From the NCBI GenBank assembly GCA_964035545.1, contig OZ037772.1, positions 5,460,233 to 5,524,232 on the forward strand: DNA of 64,000 nt. The letters are read 5' to 3'. Below the pieces are notes generated by a model. The model had not been told where the DNA came from and ran no database searches. It saw nothing but the letters and a program-made list of their open reading frames with translations. Positions within the stretch are counted from its first letter, which is position 1. Each line of letters opens with the position of its first letter. Source of the stretch: Bugula neritina. Its lineage: Eukaryota > Animalia > Bryozoa. Positions 52,340 through 64,000 of the stretch are shown here, in pieces. Made by a program: the position numbers and the translations under genes.

Positions 52340-55300
52340 GCTAGCTCTGTGCAGTATGTAACCTCTTGAATAATTGCGCCAATTTTAAACTCTTGGAAGT
52401 TGGCCAAGTTATCATATCGCAGCCAGCCACCGGAAACAAAGCTTCAGAGCTATTCATATAATATTATACTGATGCACTTGGTAGCAGAGTGGCTAATCTA
52501 ATATAGTTCATAGTTCAACACCCTTTACTTTGGGAATACAGCCTCTTTTTTTAGGTTTACCTTACAAAGCATGAACATATCTAAACTGATATTCTGATAA
52601 TTTAGAGGTACATTTTGAAAACTAGGTTAATTGCACTTGTTTGCACAACAACAATAATAAAATAGATATTATGCAGTATAATAAAAACACACATAATACT
52701 ATATAATATATTATAATGATAATAATATAATATTATAAGTACCATTACTGCATTTTATAAATCACATGGTTGCCAAAAAAATGTATCACAAATTTTGTAA
52801 TTATACATCAAAAATAGAACTATAGCTAGGCAGCAGGTTAGAATAGAGTAAATTTTTAAAACATGAAATCATGATTTGACTATTGTTTTATTTAGGCCAA
52901 CCAACCTAGGAGTACAAGATTGGGTTTTAGCTGACAGTTTATAACATTTAGCTTTTGAGCCAGCAGCACTGGCACTTGTGAAGTATAGGCAAAGTTAGTG
53001 AAGCGAGACTAACAAGCACTCAAATACAAGGCATATTGAGACACAATAACAAGTCAGGAGCGTATAAATTGAAAAGAATGTGGAAGGGGGACTTTGTTTT
53101 TCAACAAGCTATAACTTAAACATGAATTGGCTTTTGAAAAAAATAAAAAAGTATATTGGAGAACATAAGTTTCTTTATCTTTTCATATTTTTTTTGTTCC
53201 TGTGACATTCAACCTGTTCGAGCTATCAGTGGAACATTGTTCATATAGAACATAAAGCACCTGGCAAAGAGCCAGAAAATGAAAAGTGTGACCTTAAACT
53301 AACTGTGTATAACTTTCTGAAAAGTTTGTTTGCAAAGTATATGTTTTTGGAAAATAGTTTTACAACATTTGCTAGGAGCATTATATTTATTCCTATTTAA
53401 AATAATTTTGTTTGAACTGCTATGTTTGTAATCATGTAATCAGAAGTAAAGCATCAGTAAAATGAGTATAAGTAGAAGCTTGACAGCTACATTAGGCATT
53501 GCTACATAGTACATAAATATATGGCCGTATTAAATACTTAGCTGCATTCACAGATAAATGCATGGCTTGGAATTACAATACCATGAATACATTATTTATT
53601 TAGCTGGGTAACTATACAATTATGCCAAAGTGAAAAGCTTTTGGTTATTAATGCCTGAAATGTCTAACAATCTACTTGGGAGACCACCTTGTTCTTACAG
53701 AGTGAATGAGTTATTTGTTTGGCATTTGGATGATGGCACAAAGAAAGGCTATTTGGTTTGTTACTTGAGACTAGTAGCAAACTGCTACAGTCATAGCATC
53801 TTAGAAGATTTTGCATCACTTGCTAGAATTGTACATTATTTTAATGTAGCTATTGAAATTAATATCTCACTGAAAACACAGTATTGCAAAATCTTAAGCT
53901 GTACATAATTATATTATGCATCAAAAAGTACTTCTGCTATTGGACTATCCCAGGTTTATTTTAAACTAGCACTGCCAAAGTGCCTTGACTCTATTACAGT
54001 GTTTACTAGCTAATTTTGTTCTTCTCAATAGTGAAATAGATCTATTGCAAGAAATTAATGACTAGATATAACAATAATGATTTTTAGGCAAGACTTTCGC
54101 ATCTATATTGCTCATCTGCTAGCTTGAAATACCTCTCTCCTTGGACTAATCTCAGGCTTTTCATTGTTGTTTAAACAGTTTTTAAACTCCTATTTCAATA
54201 AATCATTACCAACACTGCCTGCATGTATTAATATTCATTAGTGCCATCAATGCACTGTGGAGACAGCACCTGATGTTCTGTATATTACATTATAGTACAG
54301 AGATACTAAATCCAAAACATCTAAAATAATTGATGCTTCTACCAGATTTTTAGCACACCTATAATATGTATTCCTGTAGTAAATATTAATAAGATGTTTT
54401 AACTGATAGTTTTTATGCTATTATAATAGTTTGATACTATAACTACAACTTGAAACTCTTTAACCAGCACATTGGTTAGTAATATTGCTTCTTGATATTT
54501 AATTGCTGGTTCACAAACTATCAATAATAGGGATGCATATCAAAACTTGACTGCATTCATAATATGATTTTAATGCTAGGTAATGACTAAGCATGTCTGG
54601 CTGATATGAGGTGACTATTTTGTACACTGTTTAACAACATCAGCTTTTTGGGTTCATTTAAAGCATCTGCAAATCTGTATTATACATAATTACTGTTAGG
54701 GCCAATTAATTAAATTGTTAACCCTGAAATGCTTTTTACGCTGTAATACTAAGTAGTAAAAGATATGTATATATATAAACTGATTGTAATTTATACATAA
54801 CATTGTACATTTAAAAAAAATCACAAAATACATAATTTATTAGCTAAATTTCAAGGCGTTTTGTAGGTAGTGGGTTAATGTCAATAAAGTAGAATCCGGG
54901 AAGTTGAGTAGCTTTATTCAAGAGGAAGGCTCTCCAACAGTTCTACCAAAGCCTAAATAACATGTATAAAATAAAGATTATATGCACAATTTTTTTTCCA
55001 AAACAGCCTGCAACTGTTTTGCTATTGCATATGCCCTATGCCATTTATCAAGTAGAACAATTTTAACCAGGATATCTAGAAAAGTTGACACAAGGGCTTT
55101 ATAAACTATGTAACAGTAAAACTGTGAGTAGAAATTAATTGACACTAATGAATAATGCTTTAGGTGCTGGCAACAACCATAAAAGAAAAGTTATATAACA
55201 AACAAATAGAAAAAGCACTAAACAAATCAACAGCATTATATACAATTGGGGCACATACATGAAAACAGCAGCTAGTGTCATTTTCTTAAGACAGCACTAT

Positions 55301-55351
55301 TTTAGGTATAAATTTAAGAAGTATTAGAAAATGCAGAAATTTACTGCAATT

Positions 55352-55748
55352 GGTTCATTTTATTTAAGTTAGTACATACTGAAGATCTCAAGTTTTTGCT
55401 AATGAACATGAGTTTTGGCCCGAAACTAAAAAAATATCAATAAATACACCTAAATAATCAAGGCTCTTTTTAATTTTCTTTGATTTCCTATGCTTTTTTT
55501 CTAATTACAGCAACTTCTGACTGGGGATCGCCACAGTTAGTTTGTAACAGTAGGCAATCCAAATGAAATGAATAAATAGGAAAAAACATGAGAAATCATG
55601 CAAAATTAAGAAGAACCTTGATTATTTAGGTGTATTTCTTGATGTCTCACTAATTTTAAGCAAAAAGCATTGTTCATTAGCAGCTAAAATGTAAAAATGG
55701 CTAAAAACTGCAGATTTCCAGTGTGTACTAAATTAAATAAAAGGACTC
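55352..55748. mobile_element. Foldback/MITE-like long imperfect inverted repeat
   Basis: Arms about 150 bp, e.g. AAATACACCTAAATAATCAAGG / CCTTGATTATTTAGGTGTATTT; a single arm of the same family lies at about 46335-46495. Confidence 0.75.
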
Positions 55749-56984
55749 AATCACCTTTGCAACATAATTCAATAATTGCATGGTCAAGGAGAATAAACTA
55801 CAATTAACAGCAACAACAGTGTAATAGTTGCGTAGAAAAGTTGTACTGCAAAAAACTAAAAGAATGCAAAATCTATAAATGTGTGCTACCAAGTAAATGC
55901 TGAACAGACATCATGAAATAGTGTACGAAATACAAACTATTAAACTTACCTGTTGATCTAATGCAGCCAAAACCTTAAGCTTAGAGTAGTGGAATGGTGC
56001 TGTTCGATGTTGATATGCTACACGTAGCTAAGATGACTCAAATTCTTGCCTTTAGGAGTAAGAGGCCTCAGCTCAGTTTCAACAAAACTTCCAATAATCT
56101 CAACGGATGCGCTCAATTAGGAGCCACAACAAAGCACACCCATGTCATTTTAGTAAACTCTAAAAAATGAACGGAAATAAAACTGTTAGAGAGTAAACAG
56201 AGAAACATATAGTGATGGGGGAAAAACCTGTCAGCAAAGGTTATATACACTCATAGCCATAACACGAAGAAAAAGATAATGAATAACAACCTATTCAAGA
56301 TGACACAAAAAACCAAACAAATTTCTTTGACTAAAAAATATAATTAAATACTATATTACTTGGCAAAAAATATTTGTTTTGAACAACGTATTATTGGGAA
56401 GAATTGCCAGTGTCTTAAATTTTGAGATTAAAATTTCTGCCTTATAGCGGAAATAGAGAGGCAATCAATAGTGTACAAAACATGTTTTCAGTCATTGGCT
56501 GTTGACTAAATTGACAAAGTTAAAGAAAGCTTCCATATCATTATTTATTTTGTTCTCAAGTGTGTGGTTACAGTTTCATGAGTCAGAAATATAATTATTT
56601 GAGATATGAAATCAAATGTAGTCAAAAGAGTGTCATACAATTTAAAATGTAGTAATAGAGCTTTGACAATAATTTTTTCTGCTAAGTAAAACAGGTACCA
56701 TTATGTGCTACTTATCTTTTAGAGATGAACATCAAGGATGTTGAAAACAAAATAGTTGTAAATTACAGCAAATACCTTTCTACTTACCTAACCAGAGAAA
56801 ATAAGTTTTCAACCTTGCATGCACTCAGCTGGTTTTCAATGTTTGGATCAGTGACATCTTTATAACTGATAGCCGCATTATGTGATAGCTTTAGGAATTG
56901 TTACCTTAAATCTAAATTATATAGAACAAGAAGTGCAAAAATATGGCATTAGTACTCATTGCACAATACACACTTGCTAGAGTA

Positions 56985-59900
56985 CACAGAGAGAAATATT
57001 AGTGCAGCGCTTGCACTAAAGTTGTTCAAAGAGCCTTTTATTGTCGGTATAGCCTGCACCACACCTCTTATAGTTGTTAGACCTGCACTTATTTTGGTGA
57101 AATTGAAAATTAATCCGATTAGTGTAAGCTGAAAAATATTTTGTAGTAGCTCTGAAACCACTTAGTTGTTAAGTCAACGCTACTTTTCACAAGTATTACG
57201 TAACCATCATCTCTAGGTTTGAATGAAGCTAAACAGTAGTCGATAGGAGCAGAAATTGAGATCAATGCTACAACTACATATGTTCAAGCAAAATTTTATT
57301 TACATAAGAATTATGGAACAATTGGCAGTTGTTCAACTAACAACATTATTCGTTCACATGTGCACTAATGATGATCACAAACCTTTATAGGAAGATAGGA
57401 TAGAGTTGAACCCTACATTTGGGTCATTTCAATTGGTGCTTCCCAGTTAGATGCTATTTATACATTTTAGGTGCAATTTATTTGAATACTATTGAAATAT
57501 GTGTGTATTTAAATAAATTTGAATCAATTGCTTTTTATAATTGGCACACAAATAAATTTCTTTGCTCTGCATAAACCTAGTAATTTTGCATTTTCCATAT
57601 TTTTTGTTTTTGAAAAAATGTTATTATTAATGCATTTAATGCTTTTTTTCAACACAAATTTGGGAAAATTTAAATATTATTGCAAATATATCATATTAAT
57701 GGTTATTTTATGTTTAGCAATTGATATGAAAGTTATATAAGTTATATAATTATAATACTTAGTACCAAAACAAAAAATACAACCTAACTGGGGAGCATAT
57801 AAGTGGAATGAAACTCCTTCAACCTACTAGCTGTTTATGATTTCGAAATTTTTTTGAACCCAAGACATTTTCAAATAGTTTGTTACCAGACTACTATTAA
57901 ACATTGCCCCACTCCGTTTATCAAAGACTTAAGTTGAATTTATCAACAAAAAAATCAACTGCACATATCTCTTGAATGGGTAGTTTAGGCTTCACTAGTC
58001 AATTTCATTCATGGAAACGAAAGCCAACTAATTTAAAATGTGTCTAAAAGAGAGATCAGGGAGATGCACCATTAAAATCCAATGTACTCAGTTATCAGCA
58101 AATGTGTTTCAAACAAGAAGCTTAAAATTAACAATGAAACAAGCTACTGAATAGTCAATTGTGGATCAGGTGAACCACTTCAAAAGCCTTGTGTAAACTT
58201 GTGTAAACTACCTAGTGGAACAAAAGAAGATGTTGCATAACAGAGCTATAGTAAGGAAATATTTAAATTGTAATTCAAAGGCAAGAAACTGGCTTACCAA
58301 GCATTGAAAGAGCAAAACAAAGGTTATTACATAACAGCACATAGTTTTCATTCACGGCTATTGACAGAAGAAATATTTTGCCGGCATAGTGAACACCAGA
58401 GGCTCAGACTAAGAGGTTGTGCTTTGAGATTCAGTGAATTTGTGCTTCCAAACAACCTCACAACATGGAAAACATTGAATCATTTCATCACATGGGTAAA
58501 GATTGCAGCTACCTCTTAGAGATAGAAGATGATCACTTTCTTTCAGAGTTAGGAACTGAAGTTGTCATTGCAGCAAAAGGTAAGTTCAATCATTTGCTTA
58601 ACGTTGTCATTTTATATCACAATGACAGTATCAGTATGACTATTGCTGTAGACATATAATTAAATTTGTGCAACTATAACTTTTAAGAGACCACATTGAC
58701 TGATATTTCCCAAACTACTCTATTCCTATATCAATTTGATACAAGTTTTCCTGTAACAATCTTTTTTCAAAAAATTTAGCGTTTTATTTCCACTTCACCT
58801 TCTAGCAATTTGTGCTAAATTCATTAATTTGAATTCCCCCCCCCCCATTGTAGAAGTATTGTTAATAATGCAGTTTAGCAGCCTACAAGTAATTATTAGC
58901 CTTAAGCAGCTGCCAAACTAGCTTCTTGTTTTATAGCTAAGTACCAAAATGCCAATATTAGTGGTGAGTTGGCAAAGTTGGCAAAATTTTTTATTAACTT
59001 CCGTGCTACCAGCTTATTCTTTTATTTATCTTTGCACAGCACAATTAAATATAAAAACATGTTTAGGTAGCAATATTTTTCTTGATGATACTTTATTTGT
59101 TTTTCAATTTATAGACATACTGAAACTTATCAATATCTGTTATCTCGATATGAGGGGTCCATATAAAATGCTGACTCCAGCTTAAATTGTGGTTCACTGA
59201 CATTTTAAGATAATTTTAATGCAGAGAAGCTTCTATTAACTAAACTAATTATGCCCAACAGCTCTTGCATTTGTAATTAAGAAAGAAGTAAAATAAAATG
59301 ATGACCAAAATTGTTACTAAATTTTGATAAGCTCAAACTAACCCAAATACTACGCAACATAATGATCATAAGTTTGCCAAAGCCTGTATGGTTATTCAGA
59401 ATCAAACGATTGGTACGATGGTGCTGAAAATATGCTGAAAGATTCATAGCTAACATCATTGATACTATTAGTTTTGGCCTTAGACTTCAGCTTCTTCAAA
59501 GTTGAACTTAATTTATTTACGCTGCTTGTGATTGTATATCTTAACCAAATGTTTACTGTTCATACTAATACAGTTTAAATATTACCCAACTTTTATCTTT
59601 TGTTGTAGATCCCATAACATTTTTTAAGAACATGCACTCAAAGATGCTGAATAGGAGCACAAAAAAGAATTTGACCGCTACAAAACTTTGAATCATGCTG
59701 AGACCTTCAGCCTGCAAGCAGGCGCACTCACCACTACATTACAAGCGTCACTGGGTGCTCTCGACACTACACCTCACCCACTTCTCAAGAACCCAGCTGC
59801 TTTTTTTATACTACTCCTTCAAGCTTCCTTGACCACTCAACTCCTCCCGGAGTACTACCACATTTTACTAACCACTGGAATTAGTTATAAAACTTCCCCC

Positions 59901-60763
59901 TCCCCCCCCCCCTCCCGTACTTGGGTTACTATCACAGACCTCGGACTTGCACACAGGTGTGCTAACCATTACACACCACAACTGCTTGGTTATCGCTACA
60001 CTACAGAGCAAGAATGTAATGACACACACTATGGTCTTAGCAGGTTCTGCTAATATTGAGAAAAGTTAACTTAATTTACAGTCGTAGAAAAATTCTGCAA
60101 ATGTTTATTTTCATGTTTTTTTTTCTTATTTTAATCTTTAGAAGTTATTTTTTGTTGCATTTCTTATATTCAACTATCATATACAATAAAATCCACATTA
60201 CTATACTCTCATACTGGTTAGAAGTTATGACAAGTTAATTCAGAGTGATCAGTAATAATTTTTGCAGAAGCTTAATTTCAACAAAAATTAGAGCAGCATG
60301 GAACATTTATAAGTTCAGTTTTGAATATAACTTAGTTCAGCATTGAGCATATCTAAGATCATCATTGAACAGAAATAAGATCATCATTAAACATTTACAA
60401 TATCATTATTGAGCATAAATAAGATCACCATTGAATATATATAAGCTCACCATTGAACATATATAATATCACTATTGAACATAAATAAGATAACTATTAA
60501 ACATATATAATATCACTATTGAGCATAAATAAGATCACCATTGAAAATATATAAGATCACCATTGAACATAACTTGGCTCATTGTGATAAATACAAAGAA
60601 TCAACTTCACAACTCTTTATATCAACATTGATCTAACATACTATTCACTGTGAACAGTACCTGACACTAATTTCTATTCACTGCTGGTCAATTTAGGAGC
60701 CAAAAAATGAGCTGTTTTAGTTGTCAGCTAATGTTCACTCTAACACTAATATTTCTCTCTGTG
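56985..60763. mobile_element. 3.8-kb CAC-terminal DNA transposon (EnSpm/CACTA-like, non-autonomous/decayed)
   Basis: Perfect 20-bp TIRs CACAGAGAGAAATATTAGTG / CACTAATATTTCTCTCTGTG, flanked by TA on both sides; subterminal ~22-bp repeat array at 60290-60570; no intact transposase. Confidence 0.7.
60290..60570. repeat. ~22-bp minisatellite (CATTGAACATATATAAGATCAC)n
   Basis: About 12 imperfect units. Confidence 0.85.
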
Positions 60764-61657
60764 TAGCTAATCTAGCATCACATTAATTTAAGAAAGACAA
60801 AATTTTATTACTGTTCACAAATGATGAATATTAAAATTTGAATAATTAGACAAATTAACAATGATATTGATGTTACTTCAAACATTACTAATGGTAAACA
60901 CCAAAATACTAATAGGAATAGTCATGTTAACATCAATTAGAAAAGTAAAGATAATTTGAAAATCAGACAGTTTATAGGTCTAACTCTTATAGTTGACAAG
61001 CAATTACAGGGCAGTCATATTGATGTAGGCTACCCTCAAAATGTAGCACTTTAAAAATATTAAAAAGACAGCACATATAAGAACATAATCTTAAAAATAG
61101 GCATATGTGACACCTATATTTTGATTAACAAAGAAATCTTCTTTGATTGATTGATTGATTTATTACATATCACAAACATGACAACACGTTGCAAAATTCA
61201 GTGTAAATTACTTTATTAATCTAGCTCATATAATGGTATTCTGTCTTAGTATGTTATTTTAATACTTGAAATCTAATCAGCTACAGAAAAGTACTTCAAT
61301 TCAAAGGCCTTCATAATTATTCTTTAGTTTGCTATTTAAATAGACAGTAAGGTTGATGAATAAAATAAAAGTTAGTAAAGTAAAAACTAAATAAATTGAG
61401 AATAATATCTCCACTCTAAGGTTATAATCCTTATAAATTAACATTTTAATACTCCTGTTATCCTTAGGTATAGTTGTTAGCAATTTAACTATGAGCTCGA
61501 AGCCAAATGTCAGTATCAGCATCCCCATTACATTGACTAAGACTGACTTTATAACCCTCAAGCTGTGGCACTCAATTTCTATAAGTAGTAACTAATAACA
61601 AATATAAAATTATTTATTTGCTACTGATAGTGATAATAATAATAATTAAAAATAATA

Positions 61658-64000
61658 ATATGATCCATTAAAATAGAACTAATAAAGCCAACGACGTTAA
61701 TGGTATGTCTAACTAAACATGGCATGTCTCGTCTGGCAGTGGGTATGTGGAGGGCCAGGCAACCTACGGCCGTCAACCCGTTAATGGCACAACTAGAAGA
61801 AGATACTCAAGAGAAGACAACAAAGTTGTCATGAAATGCTACTTCAAAAGTACACCCAAATTGAGAGGTTATAGAAAAACAATGTATGAGCTCTGTAGAC
61901 CCGGATCAAGGAATTATTTAAAAAGAATGTGCAAAGGCTGGAAAACAGAGGAGGGTTTAACATCAGCGAATAGAGACTAGCGGATTAAGCAAGAACTATG
62001 AAGAAACACAAGCATTTTATGGAAAAAGAACTCCATAAGATTGAAGAAGGAACCTTGCAAGAACTAGGCACATCAATTGGTGAAGAAGATAATGAAGAGC
62101 TAAATTTGCAAATAGAGGATGTTATAGTACAACATGAGATAGCATATAAATCAGCCATGAGAATTTTAAAAGTACCTAGTTCAGAGGTGGAAAAAGTGTT
62201 AGTAGAAAAATTATAAATGAGCATAACAAACTATCTAATGATCGACCAACACTAAGAGCCCTTAGGCACATTGAGAGGGTCAAATTACTACAGGCAGTAA
62301 AACAGATTAATGATGTGCTAAACTGTGTTGAGATTATTAATACCATTGAGCTTAATAACACCACCATGGCTTGTGCGAAAAATAGTAACAGAACAAGTGT
62401 GTAACAAAAAGGAAAAAGAAAAACTGACAATGTACAAGTATGGAAAATACGACTGCAGAAGAAATAAAAAGAAATTAGATCAGACTTAAGTAAAATAGCA
62501 GAGTGAAAAAGTAGAGCTTACAATGATTCATTGAGAAGAATGGTTGAAGAAAAATATAGGATAAAGAACAAAGAGTGTGGTGTGGTGATTGAAAAACTAA
62601 AGCAAAACCTGAGAGCTGTAAGCCAGAAGATAAACATATATACAGAATGAGTTGATCAATATAATCAGAACACAATGTTTACAATGATAAGCGCTTTTAT
62701 CAAGAATTACGAGGAAATGAATACGTACATCTAAAGAGGCACCTGACAAGGAAATCAAAAGCATTCTGATAAAATATATGGGGTCAGCCAACTAAAAATA
62801 ATACCAATGCAGAATGACTAAATAAAGTTAGCAACAAATTGGAGCATATGTAAAGACAAGGAAATTAGATCTTAGAAACGATGCAAACAACTGGAATAGC
62901 AATTAATGTCATAAGGTTGATAAGAAAAAGCATGAAACCTGGAAAACACAACTGAAATACCTGGAAGAAAAGATAGGATAAATAAAGATCAAACTAAGAA
63001 TTTTCCAAGGAGACTCTTTATCTCTATCCCTTTTCTCCAACTACCGATTCGCATGACAGAAGCGGCTCAATGATGCAAATTTCGACGAGACAGAAAACAA
63101 ACCATCTCCTATATGTGGATGACCTGAAGGTAAATAGGAAATCAAAGTGGGAACTGGAAGCTTTGGTAAACACTGCCGGGATCTTCACAAGGAATATAGA
63201 AATGAAATTTGGATTAAAAAATGTGCCACACTGGTTATGAGAAAGGGAAAGAAAAATAAGGACACAGGAATCAGTTTGCCTAATGAACAGGTATTCAAAG
63301 ATCTGGGTGAGAAGCCGTATAAATATCTAGGAGTTCTTGAGATTGATGGAATACAAATATATGAAATGAAAAATAAGATCAAGGAGTACTACAAACAAAT
63401 AAGAAAAGTTCTGAATTCAAAACTGAATGGTGAGAACACAATCAAAGCAATAAACACATGGGCAGTAACAGCAGTGCATTACACAGCTAGAATACTTGAC
63501 TGAACTGTTTCATGAGCTAAAAAATATAGACTGAAAGACAAGGAAGCTAATGACAACAAACCGTGCACCCTATCCGAGAGCAGATGTAGGCAGGCTGTAT
63601 TTTAGCAGAAGGGAAGGCGGTAGAAGAATGTTGTCAACTGAAAAATGCATAAAGATTGAAAACTGTAGCATGTCAGACTACATAAATATAACATAGACTG
63701 ATAGAAACACCACACTGAATACCTTCCTAAAAGACAGAACAGCGGTAGAACTAAATAATGATAAAGTGATAGAAAGAACTGATGAGTGTAAAGAAAAGCT
63801 TCACGTGGTCAATACATCAAAATGGTGGAAGACATGAAAGCATTTTCCTGGAACTGGTTGAAGTATGGTTGGCTGAAAAAGGAAACAGAAGGACTGCTGA
63901 CAGCTGCGCAAGATCAACTATTCACTACTAGAAATTATAAAGTGGCTATGATGAGAGAACAGGGTAGCAAGAAGTGTGGAATGTGTAACGCAAGAGACAA
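61658..64000 (+). mobile_element. Decayed R4/Dong-clade non-LTR retrotransposon (runs off window)
   Basis: Fragmented motifs SREDNKVVMKCY..RGYRK, FQGDSLS, HLLYVDDLK, YKYLGVLE, NTIKAINTWAV, LKKETEGLLTAAQDQ, C-x2-C; follows a (TAA)n tract at 61634-61659. Confidence 0.8.

Noticed and set aside
47650-55350. Short ORFs such as 53630-53908
   Set aside because: AT-rich with no motifs or exon chains; treated as intergenic.
55950-56160. Minus-strand exon-like segment with good AG/GT sites
   Set aside because: Stops in all three frames, no recognisable domain and no partner exons; at most a non-coding or decayed exon.
56985-57004. RAG/Transib recombination-signal-like end (CACAG)
   Set aside because: The heptamer is CACAGAG, there is no nonamer at 12/23 spacing, the TSD is 2 bp rather than 5, and no RAG-like coding sequence is present.

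Overview
AT-rich, intron-containing animal (invertebrate-like) genomic DNA; the taxon cannot be fixed from sequence alone. All exon models were read by eye from GT/AG sites, reading frame and paralog alignment. (1) 71-12338 (-): three tandem 4-exon genes for secreted signal peptide + PAN/Apple + F-type (fucolectin-fold) lectins. Copies 1 and 3 are intact; copy 2 has an in-frame stop in a binding loop. (2) About 13.1-47.7 kb (+), head-to-head with the lectins: a tandem array of RING-Bbox1-Bbox2-coiled-coil-beta-propeller (TRIM-NHL-like) genes, with one frameshifted pseudogene, one intact 609-aa gene and two relics. (3) A full-length Ty3/Gypsy LTR retrotransposon (32122-40735, -) sits 13 nt into an intron of the intact TRIM gene. 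It has 373-bp LTRs, an ATAT target-site duplication (TSD), a tRNA-Leu primer-binding site and a TTTAAAC -1 frameshift signal. Where env would be, it carries an intact 362-aa ORF with C2H2 zinc fingers and a leucine zipper, preceded by a spacer with two perfect NF-kB-type sites; its LTR U3 is a dense palindrome array. This accessory module is the best candidate for an undescribed system. (4) The remainder is repeat-rich: hAT and other TIR elements, a 3.8-kb CAC-terminal element, RTE and R4/Dong LINE remnants, tRNA-derived SINE heads and micro/minisatellites.
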